From positions 160,001 through 224,000 of IMG/VR virus record IMGVR_UViG_3300031088_000008: a stretch of DNA of 64,000 bases; one strand, written 5' to 3'. Positions 63,365 through 64,000 of the stretch are shown here, piece after piece. Source of the stretch: a virus. Lineage: Duplodnaviria; Caudoviricetes. Both the position numbers and the translations under genes were made by a program. The notes beneath the pieces were generated by a model. It saw only the letters and a program-made list of their open reading frames with translations. It was not told the origin of the DNA and ran no database searches. Each line of letters starts with the position of its first letter. Position 1 is the first letter of the stretch.

Positions 63365-64000
63365 ATGAGCATTCGCATCACAGGTCGGTACAAACCCCGT
63401 GGAATACTTCGATTTGCACCCCTGGTTACTGTTCCTTCCTTTGAGACACTTGCATCCATTACGCCAACAAGTGGTCAAATGGGCACCACATTCACAGGTG
63501 TGGATCCCATAGTCAGGAATGCAGTGATCATCAATCGAGCGTGGTTGTTGAATGGTGTAGTGGTTCCCAACCAGACTCTCAATACCTACCTTAGTGATGG
63601 TACGGGAAGTCTAGTCTACAGGGTCACGGCTAGGGGTCAGGGAGGAACGGTTGTTTCCTCATCCACCCCAGTAACCGTTACGGCCAATCCTGCCAAGCAG
63701 AACGCGCCACGATGGATAACTCAGCCAGGTCTTCTGGGAACCTTTGCGGAAGGTTCCAGTATCAGCATTCCACTACAGGCAAGCGATCAGGACAACAATA
63801 TTGCCAGCTATTCCATTACCGGCGGCACGCTGCCCAATGGTACATCGCTGAATATGTTCGATGGTCTATTATCGGGAACACTGGCCGAGGTTGCCTCCGA
63901 TACCGTCTATACTTTTGAGATCACGGTCACGGATCGTACCAACCTCAAATTGGTGGGAAGTTTCTCCATCAACGTTGCCAACGTCAAGACCACGGTTGTC
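63365..64000 (+). CDS. partial putative-Ig domain virion protein (paralog of 60377-60841), runs off the right edge
   Basis: MSIRITGRYKPRG...PRWITQPG...GGTLPNGTSL...YTFEITVTDRT; TAAATA at 63338, SD GGAGG. Confidence 0.8.
   Translation, partial: MSIRITGRYKPRGILRFAPLVTVPSFETLASITPTSGQMGTTFTGVDPIVRNAVIINRAWLLNGVVVPNQTLNTYLSDGTGSLVYRVTARGQGGTVVSSSTPVTVTANPAKQNAPRWITQPGLLGTFAEGSSISIPLQASDQDNNIASYSITGGTLPNGTSLNMFDGLLSGTLAEVASDTVYTFEITVTDRTNLKLVGSFSINVANVKTTVV

Noticed and set aside
1-64000. Stop-codon reassignment (alternative genetic code)
   Set aside because: Long genes are intact under the standard code, and TAG, TGA and TAA all end family genes right after the motif; the tRNA-Leu anticodon UAG reads CUA and is not a suppressor.

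Overview
This window is a segment of a large (jumbo-type) tailed dsDNA phage. It has T4-like late promoters (TAAATA) and sigma70-like early promoters. IF-1 and a small secreted protein suggest an alphaproteobacterial host, possibly Sphingomonadaceae (inference). It carries DnaJ, ClpP, GroES, IF-1, PhoH, dCMP deaminase, a clamp loader, endonuclease III, a DnaE fragment, two MazG-like proteins, three tRNAs (Leu, Arg, Pro), an M15 endolysin and two blocks of virion/tail genes (24.1-33.6 kb and 52.1-64 kb). The dominant unexplained feature is a family of about 68 small genes (manual count), about 53 of them in two convergent arrays at 34.6-50.8 kb. These proteins are highly divergent but end in the motif F.D...A(M/L)LFKL(T/A/R)W(G). 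The DNA of this motif appears to be multiply coded. In a subset of genes its Leu-Thr codons form the -35 box (TTGAC) of a promoter for the next gene, its Trp-Gly-Gly codons form the next Shine-Dalgarno, and identical copies flank an apparently inserted cassette. Several members are fused to short fragments resembling conserved phage core proteins: three different major capsid segments including a T4 Gol-like peptide, a terminase Walker A, and PolB/RNR motifs. This suggests a recombining library of decoys or adaptors. Other highlights are a 1.3-kb non-coding CTATAG-rich region at the head of the array (candidate ori/pac/genome end) and Ig domains that appear split across three adjacent virion proteins. 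All family assignments are from motif recognition by eye; no searches were run.
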